A stretch of DNA of 64,000 nucleotides, taken from IMG/VR virus record IMGVR_UViG_3300024298_000005; one strand, 5' to 3'. This DNA is from a virus. Lineage: Duplodnaviria; Heunggongvirae; Uroviricota; Caudoviricetes. Of this stretch, positions 9,257 to 18,383 are shown one piece after another. A program made the position numbers and the translations under genes. The stretch's first letter is position 1, and the number at the start of each line of letters is the position of its first letter. The notes beneath the pieces were generated by a model, which saw only the letters and a program-made list of their open reading frames with translations, did not search any database and was not told the DNA's origin.

Positions 9257-10191
9257 ACATACTTTCTCATATGAGACCAACATTCCCCGTTGGTAATTTC
9301 TTCAAAGTTCCAATGGAACATAGCCAACCGTTCTACCCATTTTTGTCTGTCTGGTAAATTAGGATTTTCAATGTCAGATAAATTCATATTTGAAATTTCT
9401 GCACACTGACTTTTTTCAGGATCGGTGACAAAAATAGGATATCCTTCAATTGCGGCTCCTACGGTTGGACTTGAATTATAATTTACCACAGCCCAGCAAT
9501 TTTTTAAATCATGTTCTAGTGTTGTGCCTGGTTGTGATAACCTAATATTGTTATTTTTGTGACCAAGTTTTTTTATCAAGTTTTGAGGACTTAAATAATC
9601 TTTTGAGCCTTTGTCACCTGGATGTGCTCTTAATACAATTTCTCTATCAGTGTATTTTCTAATCTCTTTTAAGGTTGCTGCGGTCCATTCTACCACATCA
9701 TATCCACCCATCGACCATCCGCCATTTCGTTGTAAACAAAATAAAATGTGATTTCCTGTAGTGCGATAGTCTTTTAAAGATAAATTTAAATTTTTAGAAA
9801 GAGTTATCCAACGTTGAGGATCAATTTCTTTATCGCAATACTCTCCTGTATTAGGAAATATTCCGTTAAAACTATATCTTAAATAATGTTTAGGATTTGT
9901 ATTATCTTTATATAAAAATAAATTACTATCTGCCAATAAAACTTTTTTATTTGCATTAAGTTGATAATCAATGATTTTTCTTCTAAATTCTAAATGTGCA
10001 GTTCCTTTAGATCCTGCATGAACCCATCCTATGCTCATACCTACGTCAGCAGGAACAACTCGCATGTCGGTCACAAGTTCAACTTCGTCACCGTATTTTT
10101 GAACCCCAGTGGCATATAATTTTAAAATTTCTCCTTTTTCAACATTTTTGTTGTTAGGAGGAATACAAGCTAGGTATGCTGCAAATTTCAT
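9253..10191 (-). CDS. KpsS/KpsC-like protein, paralog 2
   Basis: LRAHPGD, VVNYNSSPTVGAAIEGYP, IENPNLPDRQKW. Confidence 0.55.
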   Translation of the reverse strand: MKFAAYLACIPPNNKNVEKGEILKLYATGVQKYGDEVELVTDMRVVPADVGMSIGWVHAGSKGTAHLEFRRKIIDYQLNANKKVLLADSNLFLYKDNTNPKHYLRYSFNGIFPNTGEYCDKEIDPQRWITLSKNLNLSLKDYRTTGNHILFCLQRNGGWSMGGYDVVEWTAATLKEIRKYTDREIVLRAHPGDKGSKDYLSPQNLIKKLGHKNNNIRLSQPGTTLEHDLKNCWAVVNYNSSPTVGAAIEGYPIFVTDPEKSQCAEISNMNLSDIENPNLPDRQKWVERLAMFHWNFEEITNGECWSHMRKYV

Positions 10192-11615
10192 TTATTAGTA
10201 TTTTTAATTAAAAGTTCTTTATTTAGAATACCAATGTGATGATGAAAATATTCATTCAACGGGCTGTACTTAATGGAAAATTCATTTTTTCGTTCATCGG
10301 CGCCATTGAGTTGCCACTTATCTGCTGTATCGCAATAAGAACCAATTCCATATTTTCCTATTAAAGACCCTAGCATATGATTATCGTATATTTGCCTTTG
10401 TTGATAAATTTGTCCATTATACCAACCAGTAGAATATTCTCTAATAAATGCCGGAAATGCTTCGTGTTTTGTATTAAACGCAACAATTCCAGTTTCTAAA
10501 TCTAACCCCGTACCAGGAATTAATGTTGCACATACTCGAGCGCCGGGGCTCAGTAATTCTTTTGCTTTTGAGAAAGATAAGGGACGTTTAACAGAAATAT
10601 CAGCGTCTAACCAAACTACAAGACCACCAAATTTTCTTGCTGCCCATACCTGTACACGACTCTTTTTCCAGAATCTATCTGCTTTAGTTCCTCCCATTGC
10701 TTCTTGAACCCAAGGGTCCTGTGTATTAGCAACATCTTTCCAGAACATAAAATTTTTACCAAATCCTAGATCTACAGGTTTGTCATCCCAAACAAAAACA
10801 ACATCGCCCGGTAATGTATTTCTCCAAGATGCAAGTGTAATACTACCTACTTCGTTAAAATAATCTCTAGAAAGACTAGTAACAAACGTCAATGGAGGAC
10901 GAGGCTTAGAACCAAATTCTAATCCCAACTCATTAGCATAATCAATTAAGTATTGATACCATACATTTTTATATAAACAATCCATGTAATGGGGGAACCA
11001 AGGTCCGCCCTCAGTCCAGTGGTATGCAACAGGCTTTCCGTCTTTTGTTTCATCATTCCATCCGACAAGAAAATTATATTTTGTTGAAACAGAACCAATC
11101 TCGTGATCCTGTAACCATTGGAACCTATGTAAAAATTGTCCTGTTTGAGAATTTACCACCTCTGGTGTTAATGCTCTGTTTGATGGATGCTCACAATTCC
11201 ATAAAATCATCGAACTCCAGTTCTTTCTTGGATACTGGGCCTGTTGTTTGTTGTCCATCTTTACGGTATTTGTTGGTTGATGATTATGTTGAACAACCAT
11301 TACAGCATATTTTGGATCTGCTTGAGCAAATAATTCTGATATGTTACCGTCCCAAACAAAATCACAATCGCAGAATAAAGCCCAACCTTTGTATTTTTGT
11401 AAAGATGGCACTAAAAATCTAGTAAATGTAAATTCGGTGCTTCCTAAAGAATCGACATCTCTTGTATATAGACCGTCTCGTCTTAATTGGTCCTGTTTTA
11501 AAGGCTTAACAATAGCATCAGGTGTATTTTTATAGATTGAAAATTCGCATACCTTATATGCAATATCTTCTCTAGAATCGTAACCGATATAAACAGGTAA
11601 AAAATCAAAATTCAT
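10188..11615 (-). CDS. bi-domain glycosyltransferase (GT8-like N-half plus second GT-A domain)
   Basis: IGYDSRE, STEFTFTRFLVP, FCDCD, YPRKNWSS, HWTEGGPW; C-half RFWKK, WLDAD, ETG. Confidence 0.7.
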   Translation of the reverse strand: MNFDFLPVYIGYDSREDIAYKVCEFSIYKNTPDAIVKPLKQDQLRRDGLYTRDVDSLGSTEFTFTRFLVPSLQKYKGWALFCDCDFVWDGNISELFAQADPKYAVMVVQHNHQPTNTVKMDNKQQAQYPRKNWSSMILWNCEHPSNRALTPEVVNSQTGQFLHRFQWLQDHEIGSVSTKYNFLVGWNDETKDGKPVAYHWTEGGPWFPHYMDCLYKNVWYQYLIDYANELGLEFGSKPRPPLTFVTSLSRDYFNEVGSITLASWRNTLPGDVVFVWDDKPVDLGFGKNFMFWKDVANTQDPWVQEAMGGTKADRFWKKSRVQVWAARKFGGLVVWLDADISVKRPLSFSKAKELLSPGARVCATLIPGTGLDLETGIVAFNTKHEAFPAFIREYSTGWYNGQIYQQRQIYDNHMLGSLIGKYGIGSYCDTADKWQLNGADERKNEFSIKYSPLNEYFHHHIGILNKELLIKNTNK

Positions 11616-12420
11616 TTAACATTCTCCAGGCTGCGCCATTTTTTAATTCATCAATGTGATATTGTCCGTAGGCTAAATGGCAAGCCCATGCATATACTTT
11701 ATCTTTGTCGGGATAGTACGGAGTTTCGATTTGACTCAAATCTTGTGATGCAACAGGAGAAGCTGCATGTGTAGGTGCTAGCGTAAATGCAGGATATCCG
11801 TATAAAATTGCTTCGGTTGCTGAATTTGAATTATATGTAACTAACGCATGAACATCGTCATCAAGTGCTTCTTTTAACGTATTTGTAAGTACACGATCTG
11901 TTCTGCTTTTAACTCGTTGGCGTACAACAATTTCTCTATCTGTATATTGTTTAAGAGTATAGATAGTATCGTTGATCCATTCTTCTAAATCAATATTATA
12001 AAACTTACAAGGTTTTTCATCAGGGGCTGCAATAAGAATTTTTTTGCCGCCTTTTTTCCAATTGTGAATAGGAATTCCTAATTTTCTAAATCTATCGTCT
12101 GGCCTTTGAATTATAGTATTTCCGTGTTGTATATCGTTTTTAACAATCCTATGCCAATATTTCCAACCCATGGGATTTAATGCACTTTTTTGATTACCCA
12201 TATATCCGGTATCCATAAAATAAAAATCTCTATTATCAAACCAACAACGTTGCATGATTTTTTTCTTAAGAATACCTCTAAGGACAATGGGGTCTCTGCT
12301 GTGCTCATATATAAAATCATCTGTGTTTATCACTCGACCATTAGCGCCAAGTGCAAACATGTTGATATATTCATCTTGTCCGTCTTTACTAAGAAAGATC
12401 CAATTGGTCATCTGTTTCAT
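11605..12420 (-). CDS. KpsS/KpsC-like protein, paralog 3
   Basis: LVTYNSNSATEAILYGYP, IETPYYPD...W...LAYGQY...E...G. Confidence 0.55.
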   Translation of the reverse strand: MKQMTNWIFLSKDGQDEYINMFALGANGRVINTDDFIYEHSRDPIVLRGILKKKIMQRCWFDNRDFYFMDTGYMGNQKSALNPMGWKYWHRIVKNDIQHGNTIIQRPDDRFRKLGIPIHNWKKGGKKILIAAPDEKPCKFYNIDLEEWINDTIYTLKQYTDREIVVRQRVKSRTDRVLTNTLKEALDDDVHALVTYNSNSATEAILYGYPAFTLAPTHAASPVASQDLSQIETPYYPDKDKVYAWACHLAYGQYHIDELKNGAAWRMLNEF

Positions 12421-13178
12421 TGTCTTTCTATATCATCTTCAATGCATTGTTCACCGTATTGAATTTCAACAACTTTCACAGGAACATCAAACGGATTAGT
12501 AAGTTGATGCCACTCGTTAACTGGTACTTTGTACTCAACGTGCTTTCTTAAATGAACGCTAGGCATAGCGTAACCGCTGTTCATTAGTCTGTTTACTTCT
12601 GCTTCACCGTCGCTGACTATCCAGTATTCTGCTCTTAATTTATGTCGTTGCATACTTAATTTTTTTCCAGGATCAACGGTTAGTTCTTTTACTTTCATTC
12701 CTGGTACTTCGTGCAAGACACGATAATATCCCCACGGACGTTCGGTCTTTGGTGCTTTCCATTCTTGTAAAATCCATGAGCTAGAATTCATCTTATGTTC
12801 GCCGCCAACTCCAAATACAAATTCTAAATTATCGTCTTTAATATCCATTTCGGGAATATTAGCATTTGTTCTATCACCGCCGTTAGCAAATATAATTTTA
12901 TCGTTGGGATAAATTTCACGAACTTTTCTAATAGCATCTTTAGCTGAACCGTCGTCGTCGTTAAAATTAATAACTCGAGATACATTTGTTAAAGCGCCTA
13001 ATATGCTTGAACGTTCTTCCCAAGGCATAAATTCTTGACCTTTTTTTCTTCTTAACCATGCATCGGAATTTGCACCAACAACTAGAACATCACCTAATTT
13101 TTTAGCTTCATTAATATAAGCAATATGGCCAGAATGAATAGGATCAAATCCTCCAGTAACTAACACTATATTTTTCAT
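12417..13178 (-). CDS. cytidylyltransferase (RfaE/TagD-like) fused to a ManC-type C-terminal cupin
   Basis: TGGFDPIHSGH (HxGH), ANGGDR, KMNSSS; C-half ERPWGYY, LSMQRHKLRAEYW, VEIQYGE...EDDIER. Confidence 0.85.
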   Translation of the reverse strand: MKNIVLVTGGFDPIHSGHIAYINEAKKLGDVLVVGANSDAWLRRKKGQEFMPWEERSSILGALTNVSRVINFNDDDGSAKDAIRKVREIYPNDKIIFANGGDRTNANIPEMDIKDDNLEFVFGVGGEHKMNSSSWILQEWKAPKTERPWGYYRVLHEVPGMKVKELTVDPGKKLSMQRHKLRAEYWIVSDGEAEVNRLMNSGYAMPSVHLRKHVEYKVPVNEWHQLTNPFDVPVKVVEIQYGEQCIEDDIERQ

Positions 13179-14359
13179 TTTAGTCCTTTCAAAATAGTTT
13201 CTAGTAATAGTAAATCGTTGTCATTAACAAAATGATTGTTTCCAATATAAACACCAACATCGTGTAATATGTCGGCATTATGAGGGCTGTCTGTTTCAAT
13301 ATTATATTTTTTTAAAAATGGATGTTTTAATAAATTTCCACTTACTACAGGCCGATATTCGATGCCGTGTTTTTTAAATTCGTCTAATAGTGTTATATAT
13401 GTTTCTTTACTTTTACAAATAAAAGGAAAACAGAAACTACTATTAGTTTCATCTTCTTTAGGAAAAAAGAATTTATCAGGATATTGTTTAATAATTTTTA
13501 AATATTTTTTAAAATTTTCTTTACGGATATGAATCATGCTATCCAATCTTTTTAGTTGTGACATACCTAAAATTGCAGGTAACTCATGATTTCTAAAATT
13601 ATATCCGTCTGTCATAAACAGAAAACTAGGAGGCAAGTTTGGATATTCATCTTGATATTTTTTAAAATATTCGGGAGATCCTTCTCTAGCTAGACCGTGA
13701 CTTCTTTTTAATCTCATCAATTCATATAATTCTTGATTGTTTGTGGAAATCATTCCTCCCTCAACGGTAGTCATGTGATGGCCGAAATAAAAGCTAAAAG
13801 TTGCCCCTAAAGAATCTGAACCTCTTTTTTTGTTATTAGGATCGCAAACACCGTGTGATTCGCAAATGTCTTCTAGTATGAGCGCATCTGGAAATATTTC
13901 TTTGTATTTTTCTATTTCAGCATCTAAGCCCAACAGATGTGTGACAAATATTATTTTAATGTCTTTATGTTTATTTTTTAATTTTTTTAACTTTTCAACA
14001 TCGTAACTAAAAGTTGATAAATCAATATCTGCAAAGATTGGTTTAAATCCAGTTTGAATTACTGGGGCAACGTTTGTGACCCATGTACACGCAGGAACTA
14101 AAACTTTATCCCCGTCTTTAAAATTATATAACTCTTTAATAGCAGATAATAATAATAAATTTGCTGTGCTGCCAGACGAAACAAATAAAGAATATTTAGA
14201 ACCTAACCATTCATTCCACTGAGCCTCAAATAATTTTACTTTTTCTCCGTTAGTGAATTTTTTTGAAGTTAAAATGAACTTGATCATTTTAAATTTGTCT
14301 GGCCAAGTAATTGTATCTTTCATTAAAGGCCATTTTAGTATTGGTGGTTTATTGATCAT
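13175..14359 (-). CDS. DegT/DnrJ-family PLP enzyme of the His-type 3-dehydratase class (ColD-like)
   Basis: VSSGSTAN, EDICESHG, TFSFYFGHHMTTVEGG (His in place of the Schiff-base Lys), GYNFR, YRPVVSGN. Confidence 0.8.
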   Translation of the reverse strand: MINKPPILKWPLMKDTITWPDKFKMIKFILTSKKFTNGEKVKLFEAQWNEWLGSKYSLFVSSGSTANLLLLSAIKELYNFKDGDKVLVPACTWVTNVAPVIQTGFKPIFADIDLSTFSYDVEKLKKLKNKHKDIKIIFVTHLLGLDAEIEKYKEIFPDALILEDICESHGVCDPNNKKRGSDSLGATFSFYFGHHMTTVEGGMISTNNQELYELMRLKRSHGLAREGSPEYFKKYQDEYPNLPPSFLFMTDGYNFRNHELPAILGMSQLKRLDSMIHIRKENFKKYLKIIKQYPDKFFFPKEDETNSSFCFPFICKSKETYITLLDEFKKHGIEYRPVVSGNLLKHPFLKKYNIETDSPHNADILHDVGVYIGNNHFVNDNDLLLLETILKGLK

Positions 14360-15077
14360 GGTAACAAATTGCCGTATGGTTTATATAAATTTCCGAGTAG
14401 CCGCGAAGATGAAATTCTTCGCAAATAATTGAAGTATCGCAATCAAATTTTTTAAATCTTTCATTAAACCAGCCGTACCGTGCACCGTCCTGAAATGGTT
14501 TTGCATCAAATAAGCATACTCCGTTACATGTTGAATAATATTTTCCAAAAGGAGTAATATCCCAATCTTTATGTAATTTTCCTCTGTCTTCGTCGGCGTG
14601 TCTTCGTGTAGCCCAAACATCATATAATTTTCCGTTTGTTCCTTTTGAAACCATTGATACAATATCAACTTTTGTTAAATTATATGTTTCTTGAAAATTT
14701 AAAATTTTTTCAACATCTTGTAGATCAAATCTCATATCGGATTCAATATCTAATATATGATCTACATTGTTAAGAAAATTTTTTGCTTCGATTGCTTTAT
14801 TTCTTGCTGCTGCTAAATTTTTTACACGCTGTTCATCTTTAACAGAATGAAAAAATTCTGTTCCTATATTTTCGCAGATAATAGAAAAATCTTTAGCGAA
14901 GGACCAATCTAAATTATTCAATTTAATTTTGGTATCATCAGTTGAATCGTTTTCATACAAAGAAATATAAAAATTATAATTAGGAAAATGCTCAACTATT
15001 GATTTTATTTGAGAATAATATTGTTCTATTTTTTGACTAGAATTTCTAAAAATAGTGTATATCAAAATGTTTTTCAT
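14349..15077 (-). CDS. glycosyltransferase-like protein (GT-A; resembles Anp1/CAP59-type)
   Basis: SLYENDSTD, LAAARNKA, LDIESD, YDVWATR, CNGVCL. Confidence 0.55.
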   Translation of the reverse strand: MKNILIYTIFRNSSQKIEQYYSQIKSIVEHFPNYNFYISLYENDSTDDTKIKLNNLDWSFAKDFSIICENIGTEFFHSVKDEQRVKNLAAARNKAIEAKNFLNNVDHILDIESDMRFDLQDVEKILNFQETYNLTKVDIVSMVSKGTNGKLYDVWATRRHADEDRGKLHKDWDITPFGKYYSTCNGVCLFDAKPFQDGARYGWFNERFKKFDCDTSIICEEFHLRGYSEIYINHTAICYHDQ

Positions 15078-15081
15078 GAAC

Positions 15082-15098
15082 TATTTATAAAATAAATA
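15082..15098. promoter_or_regulatory. back-to-back late promoter pair: TATAAATA (-, 15082-15089; 4 nt from ATG 15077) and TAAATA (+, 15093-15098)
   Basis: Read directly in the divergent intergenic gap. Confidence 0.65.
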
Positions 15099-15121
15099 TT
15101 TGGCATTTTAAGGATTAGAAT

Positions 15122-15769
15122 ATGTGGGTATTAGCAAGTCGCGGAAGACCAAAGAACCTAAAACGGTTTATTAAATGCTGGAAAGAAACTAAAGGATCAA
15201 CTCCAGTTTATATTAGATTAGATGAATGCGATCCAGAAATTGAAAATTATAAAAAATTAAATTATCCAAAAGAATTTCATGTTGTAATAGAATCTCGAGC
15301 CAGGTTAGGACGGGCAATGAACGAGATGGTTGAAAGGTATCCAAACGAACCGTGGTATGGATTACTAGCAGACGATTTAATCCCACAAACTCAAAATTGG
15401 GATCAAAAACTTGTAATTGCTGCTTCTAATAATTTTATATCTCAATGTAATGATTTAACAAGAAAGCCACAAAACTGCTGTCATCCTTGTATAGGGGGAG
15501 ATTTGATAAGAAAAATTGGATGGTTTGCTTTACCTGTATGCACCCATTATTGTGTTGAACTTCCTTGGAAAGAGCTTACTAAAAGAAATCCAGAAATTTT
15601 AAAATATCTTTCAGATGTAGTTGTTGAACATGCGCATTATCGATTTGACAAAGCTGAATTGGACAACACATACAAAGAGTTAAAAACTTTAAAACATCCT
15701 GACCACGAAATTTGGGATCAATGGAAATTACAACATCTTGACGAATTTTGTATCAAGGCGTTGAGCTAA
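15122..15769 (+). CDS. GT2-like glycosyltransferase
   Basis: ASRGRP start, LLADD DxD-like motif, VEHAHY; AAGGA RBS. Confidence 0.55.
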   Translation: MWVLASRGRPKNLKRFIKCWKETKGSTPVYIRLDECDPEIENYKKLNYPKEFHVVIESRARLGRAMNEMVERYPNEPWYGLLADDLIPQTQNWDQKLVIAASNNFISQCNDLTRKPQNCCHPCIGGDLIRKIGWFALPVCTHYCVELPWKELTKRNPEILKYLSDVVVEHAHYRFDKAELDNTYKELKTLKHPDHEIWDQWKLQHLDEFCIKALS

Positions 15770-16562
15770 AAAACAACTCAATATTTCTATCTTTATTATT
15801 GATGTTGTTAACTTGTTTTAATAATTCTAAATCAATTCCTAGACTAGACGCTTCTGTTTGAATAGCACTAATATCTTTTGGAAAGCATATGCCACCCCAA
15901 CCAAATTTTCCATCTGGTCCGGGAACATTTAAATGTGTATAACCAATTCGATCATCATAAATGGTTAGATCTTTTAACGATTCAAAACTTACATTCTCTG
16001 CCTTTGCTAACTTATAAAATTCATTCATAAATGTTACCTTAGTGGCAAGGTACGCATTCATCATATACTTGTATAAGGCAGCAGACTTAATATCAGTAAC
16101 TAAAAATTGCCTGTGGACTAGAGGAACACCTGATCGAATAACATCTCTAGCAGTAACACATAATTCTCCGTTACCGCCTAGAATAAAATATCTACTATTT
16201 TGATAATCGGCGCTAGCATTAGCCGCAGTTAAAAATTCTGGGCAATGAATTATTGAAGGATATTCTTTTAAAAGTTGATTGTATATGCTAGGAGTTGCTG
16301 TCGATTTGCATATTAACGGTATTTTTTCGCTAATGCCTGCATTATATAATTCTTTTAAAACCTGTTCAAGAATAGAGGCATCACAACTACCATTGTCTAA
16401 AGCTGGAGTTGGAACACAAATAAAGATTCCGTCGCAATCTAAGAATTTTTCATAGTCGGCACTATCTTCAAATTTTGGATCTCGAACTACTCTTTCATCA
16501 TTACGATGTGCCCAATAAATTGCTTCTCCAACAAAACCTAGACCAATAATTCCTATTTTCAT
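15753..16562 (-). CDS. ugd: short UDP-glucose/GDP-mannose 6-dehydrogenase family protein
   Basis: GLGFVG, ICVPTP, KST, PEFL, YLATKVTFMNE, GGICFPKD catalytic Cys; lacks the C-terminal domain. Confidence 0.8.
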   Translation of the reverse strand: MKIGIIGLGFVGEAIYWAHRNDERVVRDPKFEDSADYEKFLDCDGIFICVPTPALDNGSCDASILEQVLKELYNAGISEKIPLICKSTATPSIYNQLLKEYPSIIHCPEFLTAANASADYQNSRYFILGGNGELCVTARDVIRSGVPLVHRQFLVTDIKSAALYKYMMNAYLATKVTFMNEFYKLAKAENVSFESLKDLTIYDDRIGYTHLNVPGPDGKFGWGGICFPKDISAIQTEASSLGIDLELLKQVNNINNKDRNIELFFSSTP

Positions 16563-17014
16563 AGAGTAGCATCTTCCAGGCCAGCTGTTCTTAATTTAAC
16601 AATGTTAGATAATTGCCATTGCTTGATGTCAAGACCTTTAATGATACCTAACCATTTGTTACGTAGCAAAGCAAAGTCATTGATAATTTTTTCAAAGTCT
16701 ACAACGTCGGCTTCGCCCTCTACAAATTTTTCACAATCTCTAGAGGACAAAGCACGTTGATAGTTTTCAAGGTACTTACGAAAATGTTGACTTCGAAGTC
16801 TACGAAGTTCAATATTAAGATATTCGAGAATTGCTTCAATTTCTTGAAGCTGATTGAATCGATTTTCAACAATGCCGGGCATACTGGCAGCGGCCTTTTC
16901 AATATTTCCCGCTATGCGAGCATCATTCTTTGCTGCCAATAATTCAGCCTCATAGTATGCCACTGCATCAGGGATATTTGAGATGTCCTTTGAAACTCGA
17001 TCATACCAATTCAT
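16559..17014 (-). CDS. uvsY: UvsY-like recombination mediator
   Basis: Helical 151-aa protein, LRNKWLGIIKGLDIKQWQL motif, adjacent to uvsX. Confidence 0.75.
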   Translation of the reverse strand: MNWYDRVSKDISNIPDAVAYYEAELLAAKNDARIAGNIEKAAASMPGIVENRFNQLQEIEAILEYLNIELRRLRSQHFRKYLENYQRALSSRDCEKFVEGEADVVDFEKIINDFALLRNKWLGIIKGLDIKQWQLSNIVKLRTAGLEDATL

Positions 17015-17248
17015 TTAATCCTCATCTTCGTAATATTCATCTTCTTCTTCGATCTCTTCGCCATCAATAGCATATTCAATAGCTGTGTCTAAATATGGAT
17101 CTACGCCTAGTAGACTATCTAAAACACTTTCTTTAATACCATAATCTAACAATGTGTTAACAAAGTCAGCGGCAACGTCTTTGCGTTGTTTTTCAGGAAT
17201 ATGCTCTACAACAATTGACCATAAATCTGCAATTAAATCTTCTTTCAT
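17015..17248 (-). CDS. small acidic hypothetical protein (77 aa)
   Basis: ORF track; ATGA overlap with uvsX. Confidence 0.6.
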   Translation of the reverse strand: MKEDLIADLWSIVVEHIPEKQRKDVAADFVNTLLDYGIKESVLDSLLGVDPYLDTAIEYAIDGEEIEEEDEYYEDED

Positions 17249-18324
17249 TCTACGCTCTCCGGTTGGGATTCAATATTTGTAGTTATCTCAGAAACGGATT
17301 TTTCACCGTTTTTGATGATGTCGGACATAATTGCATCTAGCCCACCGTTTTCGTTTCTTTCCCAAGCCTTGCGGAATTGTTTGATAATTTCGCCATCGGC
17401 TGTTGTGTATACAAGGCTATTTCCTTCTTTCTTTAGAAGACCTTTTTCTTCTGCCAGATCTACCATTCCGCTATACGGATTCATACCTGTTTCATAAGGA
17501 ATCTTTACCTGTACACTTTCAAAAGGTTTTGCATAACGTGTTTTCATAATCTTACAAGCTGCACGAATACCTTTAACTTCTGAAATCTTGTTGCCGTCTT
17601 CGTCTTCTTTCAACTTTAACTTACGCATAGCAACAACAATAGAGCTTGCGTAGATAAAACCTTGTCCTCCACTGATTTTGTCATCTGGATCAAACATATC
17701 TTGACTTGCGTATGTGTGGTTAGTAGCAACTAAACCAATGTTTAAACTACCAAACATATTAACACAATTACGAACAAGTGCTGTAAGTGCTTTAGGTTTA
17801 CGGCCCATGTCGCCTTTTAAATCGCCTGCTTCGAACTGATTAACATCTGTAGGAGTTAACAACATACCTAGTGAATCAAGTACAAACAGAACCTTAGGAC
17901 GGCTATCTTCAGGCATTGCTTTATATTCAGCAACAAATTCTGTAATAGTTTTTGCTACATCGTCAATCATTGCCATATTAAGTTTAAGCAACTTATCTTC
18001 GCTAGTATCAACACCAAGTGCTTTTAACCAATCTTCATCGAGAGCATTTTCTGTATCGATTAGGATTGGATAAATTCCTTGTGCCTGTGCTGCCTTAATA
18101 AGGTTACCTGAACAGATATATGATTTACCTGCGCCAGATTCACCGGCGAATACCGTAACTTTACCTAGCGGTACACCTTTATTAAAATCACCGCTAATCA
18201 AATAATTGAGAGCGTAGTTACCTGTTGAGATCCAATCAGTAGGATCATTAAAGCCAATTGACAAGCCTTCAATAGACTTTGTAATTGACTTTCTAAATTT
18301 AGAAATATCAAATGCTTTTGCCAT
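17245..18324 (-). CDS. uvsX: UvsX/RecA recombinase
   Basis: GESGAGKS Walker A, LIDTENA, VLDSLG, TNHTY, SGGQGFIYASS; start moved to MAKAFDISKF. Confidence 0.92.
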   Translation of the reverse strand: MAKAFDISKFRKSITKSIEGLSIGFNDPTDWISTGNYALNYLISGDFNKGVPLGKVTVFAGESGAGKSYICSGNLIKAAQAQGIYPILIDTENALDEDWLKALGVDTSEDKLLKLNMAMIDDVAKTITEFVAEYKAMPEDSRPKVLFVLDSLGMLLTPTDVNQFEAGDLKGDMGRKPKALTALVRNCVNMFGSLNIGLVATNHTYASQDMFDPDDKISGGQGFIYASSIVVAMRKLKLKEDEDGNKISEVKGIRAACKIMKTRYAKPFESVQVKIPYETGMNPYSGMVDLAEEKGLLKKEGNSLVYTTADGEIIKQFRKAWERNENGGLDAIMSDIIKNGEKSVSEITTNIESQPESVE

Positions 18325-18347
18325 ATTATGTTCCCTGTAGTGGTAAG

Positions 18348-18372
18348 AGAGTGCGGGTATTGCCCACACTCT
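18348..18372 (-). other. intergenic RNA hairpin between gp32 and uvsX (10-bp stem with one U-G pair, 5-nt loop)
   Basis: Minus strand AGAGTGTGGG-CAATA-CCCGCACTCT; no U-tract follows. Confidence 0.5.
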
Positions 18373-18383
18373 TTACTTTATTA

